The notes beneath the pieces were generated by a model. The model was not told where the DNA came from. It saw only the letters and a program-made list of their open reading frames with translations, and searched no databases. Both the position numbers and the translations under genes were made by a program. DNA of 64,000 bases from Candidatus Gastranaerophilales bacterium (GTDB lineage: Bacteria > Cyanobacteriota > Vampirovibrionia > Gastranaerophilales > Gastranaerophilaceae): positions 7,041 to 71,040 of the forward strand of contig CALUTP010000040.1 of NCBI GenBank assembly GCA_944323725.1, given 5' to 3'. This document shows positions 49,151 through 57,634 of this stretch, one piece after another. Numbering within the stretch: the first letter of the stretch is position 1; every line of letters begins with the position of its first letter.

Positions 49151-50442
49151 CACTTATTATTGATAAAAGGAGAGAATTACCTGCAAAATATAAAAAGCTT
49201 TTGGAAAATAAATTTTCACAGGTTATAATATCTAAAAATTTGATTTCTGCTTTAAAGATTATTCAGGATAAAGAGCCTGATATGATAATAATTTCAGATA
49301 GCATAGACAGCGACCTCTCTGATTATTGTAAAAAAATTCGGGCTCTTACATATAACATGCGTCCAATTATAATTGCACTTTCAAAATCTGCAGAATTAGA
49401 AGACAAATTAAAAGTCCTGGAAGGCGGAGCTGATGATTTCATATCAGAACCAGTAAATTCAGAAGAATTTGTCATGCGAATAAAAGCTCATATGCGTAGA
49501 GAGTTTGAATCTAATCTTGATATAAAAAAAAGACTTCCTAATAAAAATTACTCTACTCGCGCAATAAAAAGAATTTTATCTGACAATTCAGATTGGGCAT
49601 GCCTGTATATCACGATCGAAAATTTCAAAAACTATAGAGAAGCATACACAAAACTTGCTTCAGATAAACTTTTACAGACATATTCTGCAATAATCACCTC
49701 CTCATTATCAGAAGATGACTTTTTGGGAAGTCTTTCTGAAAATGAATTTCTTGTAATCACAAATTCATATAAAGCAGAAAAAATTGCCAACTTTTTAACC
49801 TTTGCCTTTGATACAGTAGCACCGAAATTCTACTCTAAATCAGATACAGTAAGAGGATATATGATTACTCAGGGTAACGATTTAGCAGGAAGACGTTCTA
49901 ATTTTATGCATACCACTATTGGAATAGTAACTAATGAATATAAAAAATACACAGACCCGCAAGAACTTATCACATCTTTAATAAATATTCATAACATTGC
50001 AAATCTTCCTTCAGGTTCAAATTACCTCATTGAAAGAGCTAAACTTTCTGCAAACGATTCTATATCAATAAAAAATTATAATAAAAAAATATTTATTATT
50101 GAACCTGACGAAGCTATGACATTACTTTTAACAACTATTTTAACTATGCAAGGGTATAATATAGAGACTTTAAAAGAATTCAAAGAACAAGAAAATGAAG
50201 AGGATATTCCAGCAGTAATAATTCTAGATGCAGGAAATTTAGAAACAAAATCAGGACTTGAAACGGCAAAGAATATACGAAAAAACAAAAAATACCGAAA
50301 TACAAAATTAATAATAACTTCTATATTTCATGATAAAGAATTAATCCTTAATACAGGCGCAGACCTATACTTACCAAAACCATATGAACTTTCAACACTT
50401 GTAAAATGGATCGAAATATTTATAAATGAAGTAAACAATTGA
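49138..50442 (+). CDS. REC / degenerate GGDEF-like / REC three-domain protein
   Basis: N-terminal receiver-like domain (DMIIISD..., ALSKS, GADDFISEP). The central domain follows the GGDEF-fold pattern, but the signature reads SENEF (LGSLSENEFLVIT). A C-terminal receiver-like domain is present (IFIIEPDE, VIILDAGN, ITSIF, LPKPY). It overlaps the HK stop by 13 nt. Confidence 0.65.
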   Translation: MQTVTLIIDKRRELPAKYKKLLENKFSQVIISKNLISALKIIQDKEPDMIIISDSIDSDLSDYCKKIRALTYNMRPIIIALSKSAELEDKLKVLEGGADDFISEPVNSEEFVMRIKAHMRREFESNLDIKKRLPNKNYSTRAIKRILSDNSDWACLYITIENFKNYREAYTKLASDKLLQTYSAIITSSLSEDDFLGSLSENEFLVITNSYKAEKIANFLTFAFDTVAPKFYSKSDTVRGYMITQGNDLAGRRSNFMHTTIGIVTNEYKKYTDPQELITSLINIHNIANLPSGSNYLIERAKLSANDSISIKNYNKKIFIIEPDEAMTLLLTTILTMQGYNIETLKEFKEQENEEDIPAVIILDAGNLETKSGLETAKNIRKNKKYRNTKLIITSIFHDKELILNTGADLYLPKPYELSTLVKWIEIFINEVNN

Positions 50443-50502
50443 ACTTTTATATAAAATGCATTATAATAAAGAAGTAAACTTAAAATTTGAAGGAGATTAG
50501 AC

Positions 50503-50556
50503 ATGAAAAACACAGTAATAGCTTTAAAACCGAGAAGGGGGGGGGGGATTAGATAG
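50503..50556 (+). CDS. short SD-preceded leader ORF running through a G11 tract (MKNTVIALKPRRGGGIR*); probable true start of the downstream pilin-like gene in the ON phase
   Basis: AGGAGA at 50491-50496, a 6-nt spacer, then ATG 50503. G11 at 50537-50547. TAG at 50554-50556. Confidence 0.45.
   Translation: MKNTVIALKPRRGGGIR
50537..50547 (+). repeat. homopolymeric G11 tract
   Basis: Read directly: ...ccgagaa ggggggggggg attagat... Confidence 0.95.
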
Positions 50557-50578
50557 TGCCGGCGGGCTTTTTTACGCT

Positions 50579-51277
50579 TTGGGATTATCCCGTTATGCCT
50601 TTACTTTAGCTGAAGTTCTTATAACTCTTGGTATTATAGGTGTGGTCGCAGCTATGACATTGCCGACTCTGGTTAATAATACCCAAAATAAAGAGCTGGA
50701 GGCAAAATTGCAAAAATCATATTCCATTTTACAACAAGCAAAACAGAATATGGATTTGGATTACGGTATGACAGTTACACCTAAAACCCATAATACAAGA
50801 TCTAAATTTCTCCCAGAATTCGTTAAATATTTCAAAAAATACGTTAACTGTGGCTCTAATAAATGTAATATAATTGATAGAGATACCTCTGGAGATATAA
50901 ATTACGTACATTCAAATATATATAAGGCTTATAATAAAAAAATAACACCCTACGCTGACTTTTTTGACAATGCTTTATATACAATGGCTGACGAAATACT
51001 TCTAATATCTAATGATAATTTCACTGCTCATGGTATCGTATTAACAGTAGATGTGAATGGAGTCAATAAAAAGCCAAATGCTTGGGGACATGATGTATTT
51101 TGTTTCAATATACTAGATAATGGGAAAATAATGCCTATGGGGGCTGAAGGAACCAAATATCCCCTAAGCTTATACCCTAAATACTGTGATCCAACATCTA
51201 CAAGCAATATGAACGGTATGTCCTGCACTTATAAGGCTTTGACTGATCCTGATTATTTCAAAAACCTGCCGAAATAA
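50579..51277 (+). CDS. prepilin-type N-terminal cleavage/methylation-domain protein (pilin-like, subfamily 2), apparently phase-OFF
   Basis: ...RYAFTLAEVLITLGIIGVVAAMTLPTLV... with the C-terminus TVDVNGVNKKPNAWGHDVFCFNIL...NGMSCTYKALTDPDYFKNLPK. The frame is open from 50528 but contains no ATG or SD. The only in-frame start candidate is TTG 50579. Confidence 0.8.
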   Translation: MGLSRYAFTLAEVLITLGIIGVVAAMTLPTLVNNTQNKELEAKLQKSYSILQQAKQNMDLDYGMTVTPKTHNTRSKFLPEFVKYFKKYVNCGSNKCNIIDRDTSGDINYVHSNIYKAYNKKITPYADFFDNALYTMADEILLISNDNFTAHGIVLTVDVNGVNKKPNAWGHDVFCFNILDNGKIMPMGAEGTKYPLSLYPKYCDPTSTSNMNGMSCTYKALTDPDYFKNLPK

Positions 51278-51279
51278 GA

Positions 51280-52026
51280 TTATTTTTGATTGACTCCGTA
51301 ACCGAACATTGCAAAATCATATTTTACCGGATCTGCGGGGTCAAACTTTTTCAAATTTTCGGTTAGCTCAAGGACAGCCTTAAAATCATTGGCGTTTCTT
51401 GTCAAAAGCCCCATTTCTCGTGAAATTCTTGCAACGTGAATATCAAGAGGAATAAGAAGCTCTGATGCCGGCATAAAATCCCATATTCCAAAATCAACAG
51501 GCCCTTTTCTGACCATCCACCTTAAAAACATACACATGCGCTTCATTGCACCACCTTTTTTAGGATCTGGTATCATAAAATAAAAGCCCTGACCAGCATT
51601 TTCTTTTACTCTAGAATAAAAATAATCAGTTACAGGTATAAACATATTTCCCTTTGGTTTTGTTTCATAACCGTATTTAAATAACTCTTCCAGACCTCCG
51701 TCATTTTCATATAAATTTTTCATTATTGAAAAAATTTGCGCAAAGTCATCAGGCTTTCCAAAACGGTAATTAAAATCCCCTAAAATTTTCGGTTCAAAAT
51801 TCAATATAAAATTTAATGGTTCATTTTGAGCAATTTCAAAAAGTGTATTAAGTTTTTTGATAAAAACATCTCTTCTGCCATATGCGACAAGAGATGCAAT
51901 AAACCCTGCAATCTCTATATCTTCTTTTAAAGTAAATCTATTTGGAAATCTAACGGGATCATCTTTTATAAAATCTTTGGTTTCATATTCTTTTACTAAT
52001 TTATCCAATTCAATTTTAGTAATCAT
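51280..52026 (-). CDS. TIGR02757/DUF2400-family protein
   Basis: FIKDDPVRFPNRF...DIEIAGFIASLVAYGRRDVFIKKL matches my recollection of the family signature. ATG 52026 overlaps the tadA stop in an ATGA arrangement; the ORF track starts at 52044. Confidence 0.65.
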   Translation of the reverse strand: MITKIELDKLVKEYETKDFIKDDPVRFPNRFTLKEDIEIAGFIASLVAYGRRDVFIKKLNTLFEIAQNEPLNFILNFEPKILGDFNYRFGKPDDFAQIFSIMKNLYENDGGLEELFKYGYETKPKGNMFIPVTDYFYSRVKENAGQGFYFMIPDPKKGGAMKRMCMFLRWMVRKGPVDFGIWDFMPASELLIPLDIHVARISREMGLLTRNANDFKAVLELTENLKKFDPADPVKYDFAMFGYGVNQK

Positions 52027-52442
52027 CGAAGCTCCTTGAAACACTCTTCCAACAATTTATCACATTCTTCTTCCATAATCCCACCATATACTTTTAACTT
52101 CGAATTTGCAAGCTTGCGTAAATCAATAGCCGACCCCAGCGCACCATAATTTTTATCATAAGAACCAAAATATACACTTTTAATACGTGATTGAATTATT
52201 GCCCAAGCGCACATAGGACAAGGCTCAAGTGTTACATACATCTCACAATCATCTAGACGCCATCCGCCTAATTTTTGTTCAGCTTCTCTTATCGCAAGAA
52301 TTTCAGCATGTGCTGTAACATCTTTTAAATTTTCTTTTTTATTACATGCAGAAGCAATAACAAAACCATCTTTTATAATAACTGCTCCTACAGCAATTTC
52401 CCCGATAGCTTTTCTTGCAGCTGATATTGCTCTATGCATCAA
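52023..52442 (-). CDS. tadA: tRNA adenosine(34) deaminase
   Basis: HAEILAIREA and PCPMCAWAI zinc-binding CDA motifs. 139 aa. Confidence 0.9.
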   Translation of the reverse strand: MMHRAISAARKAIGEIAVGAVIIKDGFVIASACNKKENLKDVTAHAEILAIREAEQKLGGWRLDDCEMYVTLEPCPMCAWAIIQSRIKSVYFGSYDKNYGALGSAIDLRKLANSKLKVYGGIMEEECDKLLEECFKELR

Positions 52443-54123
52443 TTCCAGCCTCTTCTTCTTTTGCTAACTTCAAAATAACTTCTACACAAAAACCATAATT
52501 CTCATCAGAATGTAGTTTTATCTGTCCCTGCATAGCTTCCACTAACCCTTTTACAATAAAAAGCCCTAATCCAGTTCCTCTTGTAGTTCTAGTTGTATTA
52601 TCATCTAGTCTTATAAATTTTTCGAATAATTTATCTAACTTATCAGAAGGAATTATATCACACTCATTTTTGACAAAAATCCTAGCACAATCCTCTTCTA
52701 TAAATCCATCTACCACAATTTTAGTATCGGGGTAAGCATACTTTACAGCATTTTCTATTAAATTTACAAACACTTGCTCTAAACGGTTTTTATCCCCAAG
52801 CACATTTGAAAAATCTTCATTGATATTTATCTCAATTTCCTTATTATCTTTATTTTTAACGAGCATTCTTGCTGTCTCCATAACTTCTGGGAGCCATACC
52901 GATTCTACGTTTGTCATTAAGCGCATACCTTCTATATCTGGAATAGTAAGCAGATCTTCAATTAATCTTTTTAATCTTTCAGACTGTTCCTTAATTATCC
53001 TTAATGATTTAAGCCTTGTTTCCTCATCAATTTTTATATCCTGACGCAAAAGTCTTGAAGTATATCCTTGAATACTTGTCAAAGGAGTCCTAAGTTCATG
53101 GCTTACTGTATCAATAAGATTTGATCTAAATTCATTAAGCTTTTCTAACTCAATATTATTTTCTTTCAACTGCAAATATGATTTATGAATTTCTCCTGCC
53201 ATACGATTAAATTCAAAAGCAAGAAAAACAATTTCATGAGGCGTAAATGCTGTCGTTAAAAGTCTTATTTGACGTTCATAATTCCCTTTAGAAATAGCTA
53301 TTATTCCTTTGAAAAGCTGTCTGATATTAATATACAAATAATAAATGTAAAGTGCTGTAATAAAAATAATTACAAAAATCGCAAATAAAATTGATAGGAT
53401 AATTTTTGCTCTATTTTCATTAATAGCTTTTTGCGTAACTTTTTCTGTTGTGTTTACTATTATAGTTATGGCAGGATCTTTTTTATGAACATAGACAATA
53501 GGCTGATTTTTTACATCCCCAAATATCACAGGAGTATCAATCCGCATCTTTGAAGGCAAAAGTGCAAGTGTATCTTTAAATACTGCATCTGTATAATTAT
53601 GTGACGCAACAAGTTTTCCATCATTTGTCATTACATAAATTTGTCTGCGATCGTCCTTTAAAGACTGGAATAGCTCGTCTTGTAAGGTTTCTAATGTATA
53701 TGTTGCTGCAAGAAAATCTTTTTTATCTAAAGGTATTGAAATCGTCGCTTTATTGAGTTTAGCATTTTTATCATGAAGTTTTTCTAACTCTTCTTTTGTT
53801 ACTATTTCTATATTTTCACAATTATCAAAACTAGTAGAAATAGTCTTTAGATAATTTTCTCTTTGACTTTTAGTTGGAATATATTTTAAAGAAAATGCTA
53901 TCTGTTCCAAATTTCCATTAATAGTATTTGCAAAAAAATCTATCTCATCAGATACCATATTAGCAATTAATACAGCAGATTCTCTTAATTGATACCGCAT
54001 TGAATGCTGATTTACATTATTGATAATAAATCCGCTTACTGTCATTGGGATTAATACAGAAAACAAAAATACTATCCCTATTTGTTCAACAATTTTCAAT
54101 CTTTTAAATTTGAAAAATCTCAT
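52432..54123 (-). CDS. membrane sensor histidine kinase (TM-sensor-TM-HAMP-HisKA-HATPase)
   Basis: Two TM segments, a HAMP-like linker, the VSHELRTPLTSIQGY H-box, NLIENAVKY, and GTGLGLFIV. Confidence 0.88.
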   Translation of the reverse strand: MRFFKFKRLKIVEQIGIVFLFSVLIPMTVSGFIINNVNQHSMRYQLRESAVLIANMVSDEIDFFANTINGNLEQIAFSLKYIPTKSQRENYLKTISTSFDNCENIEIVTKEELEKLHDKNAKLNKATISIPLDKKDFLAATYTLETLQDELFQSLKDDRRQIYVMTNDGKLVASHNYTDAVFKDTLALLPSKMRIDTPVIFGDVKNQPIVYVHKKDPAITIIVNTTEKVTQKAINENRAKIILSILFAIFVIIFITALYIYYLYINIRQLFKGIIAISKGNYERQIRLLTTAFTPHEIVFLAFEFNRMAGEIHKSYLQLKENNIELEKLNEFRSNLIDTVSHELRTPLTSIQGYTSRLLRQDIKIDEETRLKSLRIIKEQSERLKRLIEDLLTIPDIEGMRLMTNVESVWLPEVMETARMLVKNKDNKEIEININEDFSNVLGDKNRLEQVFVNLIENAVKYAYPDTKIVVDGFIEEDCARIFVKNECDIIPSDKLDKLFEKFIRLDDNTTRTTRGTGLGLFIVKGLVEAMQGQIKLHSDENYGFCVEVILKLAKEEEAGIDA

Positions 54124-54125
54124 AT

Positions 54126-54842
54126 TTAACCTTCCGCAAACGGAGTCAGTTTATAACCTACATTTGTAACTGTATGTAAATATTTAGGATTTTTAGAATC
54201 AGGTTCAATTTTATTTCTCAAACCACCCACATGCACTCTTAGCATTCTTACATCATCACTGCTATCATATCCCCATACTTCATCCAGCAATGTAGCAAGG
54301 GTTACTGGATTATTAAAATGCTGCATAAGACTATATAAAATCTCAAATTCTGTCGGAGTTAATTTAGTCCTCTTATTAACTACAATACATTCAAGAGTCT
54401 CAGGAAAAATCTGAATATCCCCAGCATGCAAAATTTCATCAGAAAGTGATTTAGAATCATCCTCCATATTATTTCTTCTCAAAAGTACTTTTATTCTTAA
54501 AAGTACCTCTTGAATATCAAAAGGTTTCACCAAATAATCATCAGCTCCGCAATCAAACCCTTCTGTTTTATCATCAATGGTCCCCTTTGCAGTAAGCATA
54601 AGTATTGGAATAGCAAGTTTTGCCTGACGAATATTTTTTGCAACATCAAATCCATTCATCTTAGGCATCATTACATCAAGCAAAATCAAATCATATGAGT
54701 TATTTAAAGCCTTATTAAGTCCCTCAAGACCATCTTTAGCAGTATCTACAAAATATCCGCTTTGAGATACGTCAAATTCTAATAATTCTCTTATTTCGTC
54801 GTCATCATCAACTATCAAAATTCGTTTTTGAATATTACTCAT
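54126..54842 (-). CDS. OmpR/PhoB-family response regulator
   Basis: RILIVDDDDEIRELL, LILLDVMMPKMNG and LTAKG for the receiver. The winged-helix C-terminus reads LTPTEFEILYSL...VGYKL. Confidence 0.92.
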   Translation of the reverse strand: MSNIQKRILIVDDDDEIRELLEFDVSQSGYFVDTAKDGLEGLNKALNNSYDLILLDVMMPKMNGFDVAKNIRQAKLAIPILMLTAKGTIDDKTEGFDCGADDYLVKPFDIQEVLLRIKVLLRRNNMEDDSKSLSDEILHAGDIQIFPETLECIVVNKRTKLTPTEFEILYSLMQHFNNPVTLATLLDEVWGYDSSDDVRMLRVHVGGLRNKIEPDSKNPKYLHTVTNVGYKLTPFAEG

Positions 54843-54907
54843 ATGACCTCGCTTTTTTAATAATTTTATAAGAGATTATGCTTTTTTTCAAGAAATTATA
54901 AAGAAAA

Positions 54908-54941
54908 ACTAAGAAAAGAACCAATATATCATATTGGTTCT
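54908..54941 (-). terminator. rho-independent terminator after the zinc-ribbon gene
   Basis: 11-bp stem AGAACCAATAT/ATATTGGTTCT (54917-54941) followed on the minus strand by TTTCTT. Confidence 0.7.
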
Positions 54942-54975
54942 TCCTATAAAACACATATTATATCTTTTAATCAAT

Positions 54976-55254
54976 TTAGACTTCTGATGTAACTTGGCTA
55001 AAGCAATCTTTGCAATATACTTCTTTACCAGGAATTGGCTTAAAAGGAACTTGCGTTTGTGCTCCGCATTTTGAACATACAGCATCATACATTCTTCTTT
55101 GTCTTCTGTTGTTTTGTCTGCGTTTTTTTCTGCATTCTGGACATCTTTTTGGTTTGTTTACAAGACCTTTTTCAGCGTAAAATTCTTGTTCACCAACTGT
55201 GAAGATAAATTCTGCCCCGCAATCTTCACATACTAGTTTTTCATCTTGGTACAT
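54976..55254 (-). CDS. small zinc-ribbon protein (three CxxC pairs, basic linker)
   Basis: CEDCGAEF...CPECRKKRRQNNRRQRR...CSKCGAQTQVPFKP..., followed by YCKDC. Confidence 0.7.
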   Translation of the reverse strand: MYQDEKLVCEDCGAEFIFTVGEQEFYAEKGLVNKPKRCPECRKKRRQNNRRQRRMYDAVCSKCGAQTQVPFKPIPGKEVYCKDCFSQVTSEV

Positions 55255-55365
55255 TTTGTATTCTCCTGATTAAGTACTGTCTAAGGGAATTTCATTCCTT
55301 ATCAGCTTATTATACCCTATTACGCAAAATTATGCAAGTGGGTATTATTAAAACCAGCACCAATT

Positions 55366-57348
55366 CTATATAATCGTAGATAGTGATGGAGCTATTGAAA
55401 TAAAATGTCTTACTAAATCCCTATCCCAAAGTTTACCTGCACCATCTTTTAATATTTCACAGGCTTTATCAATACTCATACCTTTCCTATATGGTCTATC
55501 ACTTATCAATGCGTGAAAAGTATCTGCTACCGCTACAATTCTTGCAGAAAGAGGTATCTCATCCCCTTTAAGCTTTTCAGGATAACCCGTTCCATCTACA
55601 TGCTCATGGTGATATTTTACTATAGGGATTAAATCTCTTAGGGCTTCATTCGGTTTTAGCACCTTTTCAGCACCAATTACGGGATGTTGTTTCATAATTT
55701 CCCATTCTTCACCTTCCAGCTTACCAGGTTTTTTCAAAACATTCTCTGGAATACCAATTTTACCTACATCATGTAATAATGCCCCTAGAGTAATCCTTTG
55801 GACTTCATCTTCTGGAAGATTAATAGCTCTTGCAAGAGCTTCTGAATATCTGGATACTGATGTTGAATGACCTTTAGTATATGGATCTTTTGCATCTATA
55901 GCTCCAGCAAGTGAATTTGCAAGTTCCATTAAATGATTTTGAGAAACTATTTGTTCACTATTGAATTTATGTACTAATTCTTCTTCAAAATTTATACCTA
56001 ATTGAGCATGTCTTTTTGCTATAACCTCTGCAAATGAATTGAGAGCTGCATCATCCCAGAAATTAAAATCGGATGAACTTACAATAGCAGACATTCCTTC
56101 TTTATAACCTCTGGCTTTTGAAATATATACTGCCTGTTCTGTTAATATTAATAATTTTTCTTGATCTGAGGATGATTCAGGATAAGTAGACACCCCTACA
56201 GATACTTTCACTGGCCCAACATCATCGACAAAACAGCAAGAAAGAGTATATGTAATATATTCTGCTAAATATTTTGCATCAGCAGTATTAGTATTTGGAA
56301 GGATTATTGCTATTTCGTCACTTCCATATCTGCCTGCTCTATCTGTTGAACGCATATTTTGTTTTACTTTTTCTGCTAAAAGCTTTATTACTTCATCGCC
56401 CTTTGCATGACCGAGTTCTCTATTTATTTTAGAAATATTATTTATGTCAAACATAACAATAGACAAGTTAGTTAGATTTTGGTCTGCTTTTTGTATTTCA
56501 CCAGCTAGCACTTCTTGAAATCCTCTATGGTTGTATAAACCAGTCAAAGTATCCGTATTTGCATACATATTTGTCTTTTCTAACAAATCTATATTATGAA
56601 TAAACATCGCCGTATAATTAGCAATGAATGACAAAAATCCCATATTACATTCAATATTTTCTTTGCCCAATATCATCACGCCTACTGTTTTATCTATTGA
56701 CATTAAAGGAAGGATTATTGTTGAAGAATCCGGAGTATATGGAATATTCAAAAATTTATTATTATTTTTTAGCACTGCTGATGATGTCTTAAAACATTCT
56801 ATGACAGGATTTTCTTCATCTGAAAGAAATATTTTTGATGAGTATGTCCCGCCCATTTTATTTAAGAGCTTTAAATTTATACATCTTGATTTTTCATGAA
56901 AAACTCCAAATGCAGTAAATATACAATTTAATTTTTCTACAAATACATTATGTAAAACAGTAAATAAATCATGTGTTGTCTTTTTATTCTGCAATGATGT
57001 ATTTAAATATTGTATAAGTTCTGAATAATCTACTATTTTCCCAGCAGAAAGGGAATTAGTGAGATATCCGCTATACATTTTATTTGATGATTTATTAAGC
57101 GTAAAGTTATTAATACGCGCAACTATTCCAGATTCTCTCTCAAGCGGATCAGTAACTGCAGGTTTTATTGGTAAAATTTCTGATTTTTCAGCAATTGATA
57201 TTTTCTTATTTTTAGCAGGAGTTTTTTTCTTGTCTAATTCTTTTGGAGTTTTATTTTTAGCAATAGGATTTGAAACCCTAACTGCTTTAGGAGTTTTAGA
57301 CACTTCATCCATTATTTCTTTATTTTCTTTTTTTAAATTTTTTTCCAA
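55366..57348 (-). CDS. GAF / GGDEF-like / HD-GYP multidomain c-di-GMP signalling protein
   Basis: TDTLTGLYNHRGF with the signature position reading RYGSDEIAIIL (GSDEI, not GGDEF). The C-terminal HD-GYP looks intact (LLHDVGKIGIP, KYHHEHVDGTGYPE). A Lys-rich disordered N-terminus precedes the GAF-like region. Confidence 0.85.
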   Translation of the reverse strand: MEKNLKKENKEIMDEVSKTPKAVRVSNPIAKNKTPKELDKKKTPAKNKKISIAEKSEILPIKPAVTDPLERESGIVARINNFTLNKSSNKMYSGYLTNSLSAGKIVDYSELIQYLNTSLQNKKTTHDLFTVLHNVFVEKLNCIFTAFGVFHEKSRCINLKLLNKMGGTYSSKIFLSDEENPVIECFKTSSAVLKNNNKFLNIPYTPDSSTIILPLMSIDKTVGVMILGKENIECNMGFLSFIANYTAMFIHNIDLLEKTNMYANTDTLTGLYNHRGFQEVLAGEIQKADQNLTNLSIVMFDINNISKINRELGHAKGDEVIKLLAEKVKQNMRSTDRAGRYGSDEIAIILPNTNTADAKYLAEYITYTLSCCFVDDVGPVKVSVGVSTYPESSSDQEKLLILTEQAVYISKARGYKEGMSAIVSSSDFNFWDDAALNSFAEVIAKRHAQLGINFEEELVHKFNSEQIVSQNHLMELANSLAGAIDAKDPYTKGHSTSVSRYSEALARAINLPEDEVQRITLGALLHDVGKIGIPENVLKKPGKLEGEEWEIMKQHPVIGAEKVLKPNEALRDLIPIVKYHHEHVDGTGYPEKLKGDEIPLSARIVAVADTFHALISDRPYRKGMSIDKACEILKDGAGKLWDRDLVRHFISIAPSLSTII

Positions 57349-57634
57349 TGTTTGTCCTGCCTACACCTGTTGTTTTTAAAAACTATGAACATTTTTTATT
57401 GTTAAATAATCATTCAAATTTAACATTACTTAAAATAATTTTACTTTATTCATAGTAAAATACAATACGCCATTTAGATGGCTATACACCGATAATGAAA
57501 TCCTTTCTACCACAAAACAATACTACTATATTTGTAGTATAGCATTTTTTATTATTATTTTAAACCCCATTGTAAACATGTTTTACAAATATGTTTATGT
57601 TAATATAAACAAAGCTGAAATATATTCAGATAAT

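Noticed and set aside
7488-51277. Neisseria-style pilE/pilS antigenic variation, with the truncated pilin copy acting as a silent cassette
   Set aside because: Only one truncated copy is visible. I saw no conserved flanking recombination repeats or G4-type motif shared between the loci, and the paralogs are quite divergent at the protein level. This is pure speculation without read-level or comparative evidence.
57349-57634. Long AT-rich leader upstream of the ArsB/NhaD-like permease with small hairpins (GCCAT-TTAG-ATGGC; ATACTAC...GTAGTAT plus T-run), considered as a riboswitch
   Set aside because: I could not match it to any riboswitch consensus I know. The stems are short and AT-rich and could arise by chance. 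It would need a covariance-model scan.
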